Assembly: GCA_026396095.1 (NCBI GenBank)
Contig: JAPLXK010000003.1
Location: forward strand, 12,727-76,726
DNA: 64,000 bases
DNA from: Candidatus Nealsonbacteria bacterium
Lineage (GTDB): Bacteria; Patescibacteriota; Minisyncoccia; Minisyncoccales; RBG-13-42-11
Direction of reading: 5' to 3'
The translations under genes and the position numbers were made by a program. The notes under the pieces were generated by a model, which did not search any database, was not told the DNA's origin, and saw only the letters and a program-made list of their open reading frames with translations. Positions 39,049 through 48,266 of this stretch are shown one piece after another. The number at the start of each line of letters is the position of its first letter. The stretch's first letter is position 1.

Positions 39049-39882
39049 CTATAAATAGAGAAATTCCCCTGTTAACTCTGCCACTCTGGCATAGTTTTGT
39101 CTTATTGTTTCCAAAGACTCCGAATCCGATTTTTTTAAGTCTCTGTAGGCCTGCTTATCCAGTACTTGACCGTCCTTTAGTCCTCTCCTGAGTCGCCAGG
39201 AATCGTTGTCGATAACATCTCCCACCGCCATGTTTCCGCTCGGATCCCATCCGCACTCAATCTTTAGATCAACCAGCGTGTGATCCAGTGTTTTCCATGC
39301 TCTTTCCAGAGTAAGGAACGTATTGATCCCAAGAACAAAAAGGCTCTGCGCTTCATTCTTGCCGAAAATGCGATCGTTAGGCGCGGAAAGACTCTCGCAA
39401 AGCTCCGGTAACAGATCGCGGATATGGCTTTCTGGCGTTATCGGCCTGTGCGGGTTGTAAAGCTTGAATGCTTTTGCCTTATCGCTCCAAATCATTATTG
39501 GGTCGTGGAGTTTGTCGTCCTTGAAGAATAATTCGATAACCAAGAGGGAGAAAACCTTTCCTTCCGGTGTTTCTGGGTGGCGCTTAAGATAGGATCCCGT
39601 AGCGACTCTTCGGGAAACTATCTCGATTGGAATCATTTTCATCCGCCGTGCAATAAAAGTATTTTCATTGGCACGCCTGATAAAGTGGTTATCTATCCCT
39701 TTCTTTTGAAGAAGCGAGAAGCAATTACAGGCTGTCTCTGTAGCGAATCTTCCTTTGCCTGATATGAGGTCCCGCTTCGCTCCGTCTCCGGCAGTGATAT
39801 AGTCTTTGTTTTCGATCACGACCTGATCTTTTTCCGGTCCGGTCCAAATAATTTTCGTCTTCCCTTCTGCAATTTTCTCCAT
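39049..39882 (-). CDS. purC: SAICAR synthetase (phosphoribosylaminoimidazole-succinocarboxamide synthase)
   Basis: Aligns block-by-block with E. coli PurC: EGKTKIIW, ITAGDGAKRD, IPIEIVSRRVATGSYLKR, LFFKDDKLHDP, LVDLKIECGW. ATG at 39882 follows AAGGGAG. Confidence 0.8.
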   Translation of the reverse strand: MEKIAEGKTKIIWTGPEKDQVVIENKDYITAGDGAKRDLISGKGRFATETACNCFSLLQKKGIDNHFIRRANENTFIARRMKMIPIEIVSRRVATGSYLKRHPETPEGKVFSLLVIELFFKDDKLHDPIMIWSDKAKAFKLYNPHRPITPESHIRDLLPELCESLSAPNDRIFGKNEAQSLFVLGINTFLTLERAWKTLDHTLVDLKIECGWDPSGNMAVGDVIDNDSWRLRRGLKDGQVLDKQAYRDLKKSDSESLETIRQNYARVAELTGEFLYL

Positions 39883-39915
39883 CAATCCATCTCCCTTAAT
39901 TTTTAAAAGTACTAT

Positions 39916-39937
39916 TTTTGCGTTTTAAAACGCAAAA
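39916..39937. promoter_or_regulatory. perfect 22-bp palindrome TTTTGCGTTTTAAAACGCAAAA upstream of purC (candidate operator)
   Basis: No loop, so protein-site-like. Lies about 35-65 bp upstream of the purC start. Confidence 0.3.
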
Positions 39938-39956
39938 AGGAGGCATCCTCCTTTTT
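39934..39956. terminator. bidirectional hairpin terminator AAAAAGGAGGcatCCTCCTTTTT
   Basis: Perfect 5-bp GC stem flanked by A5/T5. Downstream of the minus-strand amidohydrolase gene. Confidence 0.5.
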
Positions 39957-39983
39957 AAAGGCTATAATTTTTAAAGCAAAATG

Positions 39984-41249
39984 TCAATTTTTATTTATCT
40001 GGCCCCGGACTAATCCTTCAGCTATCTTTTTTGACTTTTTAATAATTTCATCCTCTCCTTCCACTTTTTTATCCCTCATTAAAATCCTGCCATTGCAGAT
40101 TGAATCAGAAACACAGTCCCCGGAAGCCGCGTAGATCAGGTCTGAAACAAAATTCAATCCCGGCGCAAAATATGTTTTATTCAAATCAACCAAAATCAAG
40201 TCTGCTAAATTTCCTTCTTTGATTTCTCCTGAACCCATTCTTAAGGCTCTGTATCCGCTTTTTGTTGCAACTGATAGCGCCTCATCAGCAGGAAGGAAAG
40301 TCGGATCTTTCTCTTTGTGTTTCTGGAGCAGAGAGGCGAATTTTGCTTCCCTTATCATATCCAAACTGTTATTTGAGGCTGCTCCGTCGGTTCCAAGGCA
40401 AATATTAACGTTTTTATCTTTAAAAGCTTTATAGGGAAAGATCTCTCCAGAAACAAGCTTCAGATTAGAGCAAGGATTATAAACAGGGCTAGATTTGTTT
40501 TCCGCTATGATGCTTATTTCTCCTTCGGAAAGCCAAACTGAGTGCGCCAGAATCACGTTTTCTCCCAAAAAATTAATTTGGTTCAAATATTCTGCCGGCC
40601 TTAAATTATTTTCTTTCAAGCAATCATCTACTTCCTTTTCTGTTTCTGAAAGATGAATATGTAAAATTAAATTTTCCTTTTGTGCAAAATTTTTTGACCA
40701 AATCAGATTTTCTTTCGATACCGTATAGATTGAATGTGGAGCAACAGATAAATTTATTAAGTCTGATTTTTTAGATTGGAGGCGATAATATGTTTTTTCG
40801 ATGTTTTCTGGCTGTCCCGATTCCGAAAGGTCAAAAACAACCAACCCTATCAAAGCCCTTAATCCCATCTCTTCCGTGGCACTGATGGCTGATTCGGGGA
40901 AAAAGTACATGTCATTAAAAGCAAGGGTGCCTGTTTTGATCATTTCCAGGCAGGCCAGCTTTGTCCCCCAATAAATATCGTCCGGAGTCAGTTTCGCTTC
41001 CAGCGGCCAGATCTTATTTTCCAGCCATTCTTTAAGGCTCAGATCGTCTCCGTAGCCTCTTAGCAGGCTCATTGCCGCGTGAGTATGGCAATTGACAAAA
41101 CCGGGCAAAACCGCTTTTTCACCCTTGGCATCTATTTCTTCCTCTGCTTTCAAGTCTAAATTATCCCCAATGTTTTTGATTATTTTCCCTTCGATAAAGA
41201 GGTCTCTTTTCTTTCCCTCGATGATTACGTTTTTTAATAAAATGCTCAT
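39984..41249 (-). CDS. metal-dependent amidohydrolase, MtaD/guanine-deaminase (chlorohydrolase) family
   Basis: VNCHTHAAMSLLRG metal-binding HxH motif and HLSE / D-xx TIM-barrel deaminase motifs. Confidence 0.75.
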   Translation of the reverse strand: MSILLKNVIIEGKKRDLFIEGKIIKNIGDNLDLKAEEEIDAKGEKAVLPGFVNCHTHAAMSLLRGYGDDLSLKEWLENKIWPLEAKLTPDDIYWGTKLACLEMIKTGTLAFNDMYFFPESAISATEEMGLRALIGLVVFDLSESGQPENIEKTYYRLQSKKSDLINLSVAPHSIYTVSKENLIWSKNFAQKENLILHIHLSETEKEVDDCLKENNLRPAEYLNQINFLGENVILAHSVWLSEGEISIIAENKSSPVYNPCSNLKLVSGEIFPYKAFKDKNVNICLGTDGAASNNSLDMIREAKFASLLQKHKEKDPTFLPADEALSVATKSGYRALRMGSGEIKEGNLADLILVDLNKTYFAPGLNFVSDLIYAASGDCVSDSICNGRILMRDKKVEGEDEIIKKSKKIAEGLVRGQINKN

Positions 41250-42082
41250 TGTATTGCAAATAATTCCTTGGCGTTGTCGGTAGTTTTTTCCGCCATTTCT
41301 TCTAATTTTAAATTTTTCAATTGAGCAATTTTTTCGGCTACATATTTAATGTAAACGGGTTCATTTCTTTTTGTTCCCATGGCCGGCGGAGTCAGATAAG
41401 GACAATCTGTTTCAATTAAAATTTTGTCTAAAGGTGTTTTTTTTATTATCTCGTCCAGATTTAATTTGAAAATTATACCGTTAAATCCTAGGAAAAAACC
41501 CATTTCCAGATATTTTTCCGCTTCCTGCCAATTGCCGGTAAAACAATGGATCACTCCCTTAAGATTGAATTTTGAAAGCTGAACTTTCAGAATTTCCAAC
41601 AAGTCCTGATGGGCCATCCTGCAATGAAAAATAACGGGCAAATCAAGCTCTCTGGCCAGGCTTATCTCCTGAATTAAAACTTCTCTCTGTTTTTCTTTGA
41701 ATATTTTCTTTCTAGCCGTTGTCTTCGGTTTATAGTAATAATCAAGCCCGACCTCTCCGATTGCTTTAACTTTTTCATTTTTCGCCAAAGATTTGTATTT
41801 ATCATAATCAAAAACCTCTCCTTTGGCCTGAAATTGCTGAGCCTCTTCCATGTCTTCTTTGATCTTAACAAGATTTGTTTCCAGGTGAATGGGGTGAAGG
41901 CCGACTGCCGCATAAACTCCCTGGGAATATTTTTGGCTGATTTCTATTGCTTTCTGACAGGTGGAATATTGGGAACCGACATTTATCATCCAAATATCAT
42001 TATCCAAAGATCTTTTAATAACATCTTCCAGGTCGTTATTATAGGCATTAAAATTAAGATGGCTGTGGGTGTCAATTAGCAT
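41246..42082 (-). CDS. tatD: TatD-family deoxyribonuclease
   Basis: MLIDTHSHL N-terminus and conserved metal-binding His/Glu/Asp positions. Confidence 0.85.
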   Translation of the reverse strand: MLIDTHSHLNFNAYNNDLEDVIKRSLDNDIWMINVGSQYSTCQKAIEISQKYSQGVYAAVGLHPIHLETNLVKIKEDMEEAQQFQAKGEVFDYDKYKSLAKNEKVKAIGEVGLDYYYKPKTTARKKIFKEKQREVLIQEISLARELDLPVIFHCRMAHQDLLEILKVQLSKFNLKGVIHCFTGNWQEAEKYLEMGFFLGFNGIIFKLNLDEIIKKTPLDKILIETDCPYLTPPAMGTKRNEPVYIKYVAEKIAQLKNLKLEEMAEKTTDNAKELFAIQ

Positions 42083-42120
42083 AAAAATTAATCTCTTATA
42101 TTAATATTAAAGACTTTTCT

Positions 42121-42155
42121 TAAAAAAAGAAGGGGAATGAAAAATTCATTCCCTT
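42121..42155 (-). terminator. Rho-independent terminator of the 42154-42981 gene (AAGGGGAATGA/TCATTCCCTT)
   Basis: 10-bp stem. T7 run on the minus strand. Confidence 0.5.
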
Positions 42156-42981
42156 AAAGTTCTACTAAAGGATAAAATGACGTATCGAGTCTATCTTCAT
42201 AATACCAGCCGCAATCAAGCTGGAAAGAGTTTCCCCTCATCCGCGTGAACGGAGTATTCGCACATTCCAGGCACCACTCCCAGATATCTTGCTCTTCCTG
42301 CTTTCTTTCCAGTCTCTTTTTGTAAAACTGGAGAACAAATTTTTCAATAATTCGCTTCAGGCGCACCTTTGAAGGCTCTACTCTCAACTTTTCCGCAAAA
42401 GCCGGCTTTAACATCTCTTCCCATATGTCAGACGAGTCTCTGGTATTCGCTTTTCTTTCCATCCGTATCTTTTTAGATATTTGACGGCTGAAATCATACG
42501 ACTCTTTTTCAACCAGAACAGTAGTTCCTTTCAGAAACAGAGCTTCTTTATCAATGTCTGAAACATCGAAGGAGCGGGGAATCAATATTTTCCCGGCAAT
42601 GGCCTGCTCGCGAAAAGATTGCTTTTGTCCTATTATCTCCAAGTCATGGAAAAATTCTTCCTCAGAAACATTTATCCTGGGAAAATAAATCAGCTCCCAG
42701 CCGATTGATTCCCAATAATCCATAATTTCTAATGGGTATTTAAGAAGAGTTTCTCTGAGACCCACTAATTCAAAATTACGGCCGTATATTTCCAAATGAG
42801 AATCACGCTCTCTGACCAAGATATTTTCTATCTTTTCCAATTTCCGCCTATCTTCGCAATCAACTGTATCCCGATCTTTCCTGGGAGAATTTTTAAATTG
42901 CGGCCCGTATCGAGCAACATCCGGACCGGTCACTCCTGTTTGGCCAAACCCCTTAATCTTATTCTTTAACGTAACGATCAC
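42154..42981 (-). CDS. hypothetical protein (275 aa), no recognisable domain
   Basis: Complete ORF with its own terminator between metG and tatD. C-terminal Cys-rich WEWCLECANT...DCGW. Confidence 0.5.
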   Translation of the reverse strand: MIVTLKNKIKGFGQTGVTGPDVARYGPQFKNSPRKDRDTVDCEDRRKLEKIENILVRERDSHLEIYGRNFELVGLRETLLKYPLEIMDYWESIGWELIYFPRINVSEEEFFHDLEIIGQKQSFREQAIAGKILIPRSFDVSDIDKEALFLKGTTVLVEKESYDFSRQISKKIRMERKANTRDSSDIWEEMLKPAFAEKLRVEPSKVRLKRIIEKFVLQFYKKRLERKQEEQDIWEWCLECANTPFTRMRGNSFQLDCGWYYEDRLDTSFYPLVEL

Positions 42982-43093
42982 CTCCTTTCGAGCTTTATTA
43001 CAAGCAAGATTTAATCATTTTTTATCGATTGTAAAGAGCTGTCATCGTCAGCTCAATAGAAAATCCTAACAAAAAACCAGGCTTTTGTCTATT

Positions 43094-44551
43094 TTATATT
43101 CTCGGAAATAAAGCCTTAATTTTTTCGCTTTTTAGCTGCTCTGCCACCTCTTTCGAAGTTTGCGGTAGAAAGGGTTCCAGTAATCTTGCTATTTCTTTAA
43201 TCGTAGAAAGCAAATCCACGATTACTTCTTTTGCGTTTTCTTTGCCTTCCCATGGTTTTTCTTTTTCGATATATCGATCGCAAAAACCTATCAATTCCCA
43301 AACAGAAATCAGGGCTTCGTTAAATTTAAGATCAGAAAGGGCTTTTTGATATTTTTCTTGAACGGCGGATATTTCTTTTTTAACCTGCCCTTTTGCGAAA
43401 ACATCTGACGGAAGAGAATATTTTTTAGCCAAAGTGGCCACCCTGGAAACAAGATTTCCCAGCCCCTTGGCCAAATCTGAAGTATAGCGCTGTTCAAATT
43501 TTTCATAAGTGAAGTCTCCGTCTTCCGTAGATGTTATTTCCCTTAAAAGGAAATACCTTACAGGATCAGTGCCGTATTTTTTAACTAATTCGAAGGGGTC
43601 AACCACGTTGCCCAAGCTTTTGGACATTTTCTGCCCGTTGGAAGTGATAAATCCGTGGACAAAAATATTTTTGGGCAAAGGTAGTTTCAGGGATAAAAGC
43701 ATTCCTAGCCAAATAGTGGCGTGAAATCTTAGAATGTCTTTTCCCAAACAATGGACATCGGGCGGCCAGAATTTTTTAAAATTATCATCAGGATAGCCAA
43801 GGGCTGAAAGATAATTTACCAAAGCGTCTGCCCAAACGTATATGGTTTGAGATTCATCGCCAGGAACAGGTATTCCCCATTTCAGGTCTTTCCTCGGTCT
43901 TGAAAAACTGACGTCTTCTAGCCCCTGACCGATAAAACTTAACATTTCATTTTTTCTGCCCTCCGGAGTGATTTTTATTTTATCCTTTTCTATCGCCTCT
44001 CCTATCTCTTTTGAATACTTTGAAAGTTTGAAAAAATAATTCTCTTCCTCGATTATTTCAGGTTCTTTTTGATGGATTTTACATTTGCCCGCAGCCAAAT
44101 CCTTATTGGTAATAAAAGCTTCGCAACCCACGCAATAAAAACCTTTGTACTTCTTCTTGCAAATGTCGCCATTTTCTTCTAATCCAAGCCAGACTTTTTC
44201 TACTGCCGGCCAATGACGCTTTTGATCCGTGGTCCTGATGAAATCGTCGTTTGAAAGATTTAATGACTCTTTCAGTTTTTTATATTTTCCCGATATTTCA
44301 TCGGTAAATTCTTCCGGATTTTTACCCGCCTCCTCCGAAGCTTTGGCTATTTTCTGGCCGTGCTCGTCGGTGCCGGTTAAAAAGAAAACCTTCTCGCCTA
44401 AAATGCGATGATATCGGGCCAAGACGTCAGCCTGAATCAATTCTAAAGCAAACCCCAAATGGGGAGACGCGTTGGTGTAGGCAATGCTGGTGGTTATAAA
44501 GAATCCTTTTTCTTCGGAATCAGGGCCTTTATTTTTCTTTTTTAAAATCAT
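43094..44551 (-). CDS. metG: methionyl-tRNA synthetase (short form)
   Basis: HIGH region reads SPHLGF. KMSKSLGN present. Zn knuckle CVGC...C. Connective peptide. Confidence 0.9.
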   Translation of the reverse strand: MILKKKNKGPDSEEKGFFITTSIAYTNASPHLGFALELIQADVLARYHRILGEKVFFLTGTDEHGQKIAKASEEAGKNPEEFTDEISGKYKKLKESLNLSNDDFIRTTDQKRHWPAVEKVWLGLEENGDICKKKYKGFYCVGCEAFITNKDLAAGKCKIHQKEPEIIEEENYFFKLSKYSKEIGEAIEKDKIKITPEGRKNEMLSFIGQGLEDVSFSRPRKDLKWGIPVPGDESQTIYVWADALVNYLSALGYPDDNFKKFWPPDVHCLGKDILRFHATIWLGMLLSLKLPLPKNIFVHGFITSNGQKMSKSLGNVVDPFELVKKYGTDPVRYFLLREITSTEDGDFTYEKFEQRYTSDLAKGLGNLVSRVATLAKKYSLPSDVFAKGQVKKEISAVQEKYQKALSDLKFNEALISVWELIGFCDRYIEKEKPWEGKENAKEVIVDLLSTIKEIARLLEPFLPQTSKEVAEQLKSEKIKALFPRI

Positions 44552-44611
44552 GTTTAAAAGGAGGTTAACCCTCCTTTTTATCTTATCATAATTAATCCTG
44601 ACGCTGAACGC

Positions 44612-45661
44612 TTAATTATTCTGCTTAATATCCTGAACTTCCAATGCGTTGGCTTTCTGATTTTTTAAAAAATCGTTTCTGAGTTCAAAAATAGCGGCCG
44701 CAACAGGGGCTGCCAGAATGGCGCCCAAGACGCCCAAAAACTGTGCTCCTATTGCCAAAGAAAGCAGAACCAAAACAGGGGGCAATCCTATAAATTTTTT
44801 AGTTAGAATGGGAGATATGATGTTTCCTTCAATCTGATGGATTAACGTAAGGACGATTACGACAAAAAATGCTTTTAGCCATGAGTCCAATCCGATAAAA
44901 ACAAAGCAAACCAGGCCGGATAAAATCGGCCCGACAATCGGAACAAAGTCCGCAACGGCAGCAAAGAGAGCCAGACTGAGGGCATAATCTACGTCGAGCA
45001 TGTAAAGAGAAATTAAAAAAACAACTCCCACAAACAGGCAGGATAAAATCCTGCTTGCCAGCCATCCGGAAACCTTGGTTTCGGTTTTCTCCCAAAAAGC
45101 CAAAGCGTAGTTTTCGTACCTTACCGGGGCGAGAAATTTAATAATCTCTTTGGAACTTTTTTCTTCCAAAGAAAGAAAGATTGAGATTGAGAGAATGAAA
45201 AGCATTGAAGCGATGCCGCCGAAAAATACGCCCACAGCGCTGAAGATATTAGAAGATGCCTTGCCGAACATTCCGCCGATGGATTGCACAAAACTTTCTA
45301 TATTTTCAAAGGAACTGAATCCCAGCCCCCTTAAGGCCGGCGCGAATTTTTCAAAATACTGAGGGAAAAGCTGGGAAAATTGCTGGAATTCTGAAAAAAA
45401 TATCGGAGCAACAGAATAAATTACCATTCCTAAGGTTCCAAAAATTGCAGCGTAAACAAATATTACCGATATCGCCCTGCTGATTTTTAATCTTTGCAAA
45501 AAAGCGATTGCCGGCTCGAATAAAAAAGCGATGATCAGGGCAAGCAGAAATAAAATAAGAATATCTTTAATGGAATAAATAATGTAAAAAGCAAAAAATC
45601 CTACGCCTACTTTAACAATCGCGCTCCAGGAAATATCTAAAATTTTTTCACTGCTTGCCAT
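44612..45661 (-). CDS. AI-2E family (PerM/UPF0118) membrane transporter
   Basis: 8 TM helices and a C-terminal GAQFLGVLGAILAAP block. Confidence 0.75.
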   Translation of the reverse strand: MASSEKILDISWSAIVKVGVGFFAFYIIYSIKDILILFLLALIIAFLFEPAIAFLQRLKISRAISVIFVYAAIFGTLGMVIYSVAPIFFSEFQQFSQLFPQYFEKFAPALRGLGFSSFENIESFVQSIGGMFGKASSNIFSAVGVFFGGIASMLFILSISIFLSLEEKSSKEIIKFLAPVRYENYALAFWEKTETKVSGWLASRILSCLFVGVVFLISLYMLDVDYALSLALFAAVADFVPIVGPILSGLVCFVFIGLDSWLKAFFVVIVLTLIHQIEGNIISPILTKKFIGLPPVLVLLSLAIGAQFLGVLGAILAAPVAAAIFELRNDFLKNQKANALEVQDIKQNN

Positions 45662-45663
45662 AT

Positions 45664-46941
45664 TTATTGAGAAATTATTTTTAAAAAATTGTTATTGAAT
45701 TTTTCTTTTTCTTTTATCGGGCCGATCAGGGCCAGGTTTAAATTCCTCGGATTGAAAATATCTCTTGCTACCTTAAGAATATCATTTGCGCCGACTTTAT
45801 CAATTTTTTTAAAAATTTGCTCCTGGGTCAATATCCTTTTTTCCAAAAGCTCCTGGCCGGCGTAAAAAGAGGCCTTGGCGTCGGATGATTCAAGCTCTAG
45901 GGCCGCCTTCCCCTTCATATAGTCTTTGGCTTTTTTAAGCTCTCCTGCCGAAACCTTGATTTGAGAAATCTTTTTATATTCTCTGAAGATAACGGATACC
46001 GCCTTTTCGATATTTTTATTCTCTATGCCGGCCTGTGTTACCAAGGATCCTGTGTCAGGATCGGAGATGGAATCTGTCCTTATATAATAAGCCAAGCCCA
46101 ATTTTTCTCTTATCTCTCCGAACAGCCTGGAACTCATCATGCCTCCCAAAATTACCGACAAAACCTCTATTGCATATTTTTGGGGATGAAACATATTATA
46201 TGCTCTGGCGCCGAAACAAATATGTGTTTGGTCGGTCTCTTTGAAGTTAATAAGCGAGGCAGGTTTTTTTTGGTCCTCGATAACCTTTGGTTTTGAAAAA
46301 GGTTTTTGAACAGAAATTGGAGAGAAAACTCTTTTAACCTTGTTGATTGTTGATGATTGGTCTATTTTCCCTGATACGCAAACAATCGTATTGGAAGCCA
46401 CGTACTGCTTTTTCATATAATCAACCAGCTTTGGGCGATCAATTCCAGAAACGCTTTCTTTGGTTCCGGCAATCGGCCACCCGGCTGGCTGGTCGCCATA
46501 TAAAAGTTCGCTCCATAAAACCCCCACGTAAGACATGGGATGATCGTAATACATGTTAATTTCTTCAATAATCACTCCTTTCTCTTTTTTTATTTCCTCT
46601 TCGGGCAACAAGCTGTTGAGATATATGTCGGAAACCCAATCCAGAGCCGTGTCAAAATAGGGAGCAGCCACCTTGGCAAAATAGCCCGTATAGTTCTCGC
46701 CGGTAAAAGCGTTGTAGATTCCTCCTATTTTGTCCAGGGTTTCGGCAACCTCGAGAAAGGTGGGTTGCTTCTTCGTCCCCTTAAAATACATATGCTCTAA
46801 AAAATGGGAAATGCCGCTTATCTCTTTGTTTTCATATTTCGAACCTGTCCCGACCAAAACTAAAACAGTCAAAGATTGAGCTGTTTTTTGAGGAACGGTA
46901 ATGATTCTCAACCCGTTTTTAAGGGTGGTTTTTTTAAACAT
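45664..46941 (-). CDS. M16-family zinc peptidase (insulinase-like)
   Basis: Inverted zinc motif HFLEH at the N-terminus. 425 aa. Confidence 0.8.
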   Translation of the reverse strand: MFKKTTLKNGLRIITVPQKTAQSLTVLVLVGTGSKYENKEISGISHFLEHMYFKGTKKQPTFLEVAETLDKIGGIYNAFTGENYTGYFAKVAAPYFDTALDWVSDIYLNSLLPEEEIKKEKGVIIEEINMYYDHPMSYVGVLWSELLYGDQPAGWPIAGTKESVSGIDRPKLVDYMKKQYVASNTIVCVSGKIDQSSTINKVKRVFSPISVQKPFSKPKVIEDQKKPASLINFKETDQTHICFGARAYNMFHPQKYAIEVLSVILGGMMSSRLFGEIREKLGLAYYIRTDSISDPDTGSLVTQAGIENKNIEKAVSVIFREYKKISQIKVSAGELKKAKDYMKGKAALELESSDAKASFYAGQELLEKRILTQEQIFKKIDKVGANDILKVARDIFNPRNLNLALIGPIKEKEKFNNNFLKIISQ

Positions 46942-48262
46942 TAAATTTTTGTTTCAAGGTTTCCTTTAGTTCCGATACTTTTATTCTTTCCTGCTTCATG
47001 GTGTCTCGGTCGCGGATGGTAACATCTCCTTTTTCCAATGTTTCAAAATCAACGGTAATGCAAAACATTGTTCCCGCTTCATCCTGTCTTCGGTATCTTC
47101 GACCGATGGAACCAGCTTCTTCATATTGGCAGAAAAATTCAGATTTTATCATCTGATAAATTTCCTTGGCTTTTTTAACAAGATCCGGTTTATTTTTAAC
47201 CAAGGGCAGAACGGCAACCTTTATAGGCGCCAAAGACTTGTTGATTTTCAATACATATTCGGCTTCTTTTGTTGATTCCGTGGTTTCCGTCCGGCCGCCT
47301 TTTATTTCGCAAAAAGCGTCTGAGAGAAAGGCCAGAAAGCTCCTGTCCGCTCCAGCCGATGTTTCAATAATATGGGGAAAATATTTTTCTCCGGATTCCT
47401 CGTCAAAATATTTTAAATCCTCCCCCGAATTTTTTGAATGATTGGACAGGTCCCAATCTCCCCGGTTATGTATCCCCTCTATCTCCTTCCAGCCGAAAGG
47501 AAACTTATATTCAATATCATTTGCCCTTCTGGCATAATGGGCCAATTCTTCTTTTTCCACTTCTCTGAATCTTAAATTTTCTTTTTTGACTCCCAGATCC
47601 AAATACCATTTCATTCTTTCTTCTCTCCAGTAATCGAAAAATTTATCCGCTTCTTTGGGATGACAAAACCACTGCATTTCCATCTGCTCAAACTCCCTGG
47701 TCCGGAAAATAAAATTTCCAGGGGTGATTTCATTCCTGAAAGCCTTCCCGATCTGGGCAATTCCGAAAGGAACCTTCTGTCTGCTGGAGTTAAGTACATT
47801 TTTAAAATTCATGTATATTCCCTGGCAAGTTTCCGCCCTCAAGTAAGCCATTGAATTCTCGTCTTCTATCGGCCCGACAAAAGTTTTCATCATCAGGTTA
47901 AACTTTTTGGGCTCGGTTAATTCCCCTTTGCAGTCGGGACAACTGTCTTTTTCCAAGAAATCTTTCCTGAAGCGATGATGGCATTTCTTGCATTCCACCA
48001 GTTCATCGGCAAATCCGGCGGTTAAATGACCTGAGGCCTGCCAAACCTTAGGAGACATCAAAATGGCTGCGTCCAAGCCGACCACGTTCTCCTGTTTCAT
48101 GGTCATCTCTTTCCACCAGGCTTTTTTAATGTTGTTTTTCAGTTCCACGCCCAAAGGGCCGAAGTCATAGCAGGAAGCGAATCCTCCATAGATTTCAGAT
48201 GAGGGGAAAATAAACCCTCTCTGCTTGGTTAGGGATATGATTTTTGTCATCAAGTCTTGCAT
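46934..48262 (-). CDS. glyQS: glycyl-tRNA synthetase, alpha2 (eukaryote/archaeal-like) type
   Basis: Class II motifs: FGPLGVELKNN, FRNEITPGNFIFRTREFEQME, and C-terminal anticodon-binding domain. Confidence 0.85.
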   Translation of the reverse strand: MQDLMTKIISLTKQRGFIFPSSEIYGGFASCYDFGPLGVELKNNIKKAWWKEMTMKQENVVGLDAAILMSPKVWQASGHLTAGFADELVECKKCHHRFRKDFLEKDSCPDCKGELTEPKKFNLMMKTFVGPIEDENSMAYLRAETCQGIYMNFKNVLNSSRQKVPFGIAQIGKAFRNEITPGNFIFRTREFEQMEMQWFCHPKEADKFFDYWREERMKWYLDLGVKKENLRFREVEKEELAHYARRANDIEYKFPFGWKEIEGIHNRGDWDLSNHSKNSGEDLKYFDEESGEKYFPHIIETSAGADRSFLAFLSDAFCEIKGGRTETTESTKEAEYVLKINKSLAPIKVAVLPLVKNKPDLVKKAKEIYQMIKSEFFCQYEEAGSIGRRYRRQDEAGTMFCITVDFETLEKGDVTIRDRDTMKQERIKVSELKETLKQKFNV

Positions 48263-48266
48263 ATTT

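Noticed and set aside
39934-39990. 16-codon leader peptide (MPPFCVLKRKNSTFKN) starting inside the GGAGG hairpin upstream of purC
   Set aside because: The SD GGAGG abuts the ATG with zero spacing and is sequestered in a perfect hairpin. Better explained as a terminator of the upstream gene.
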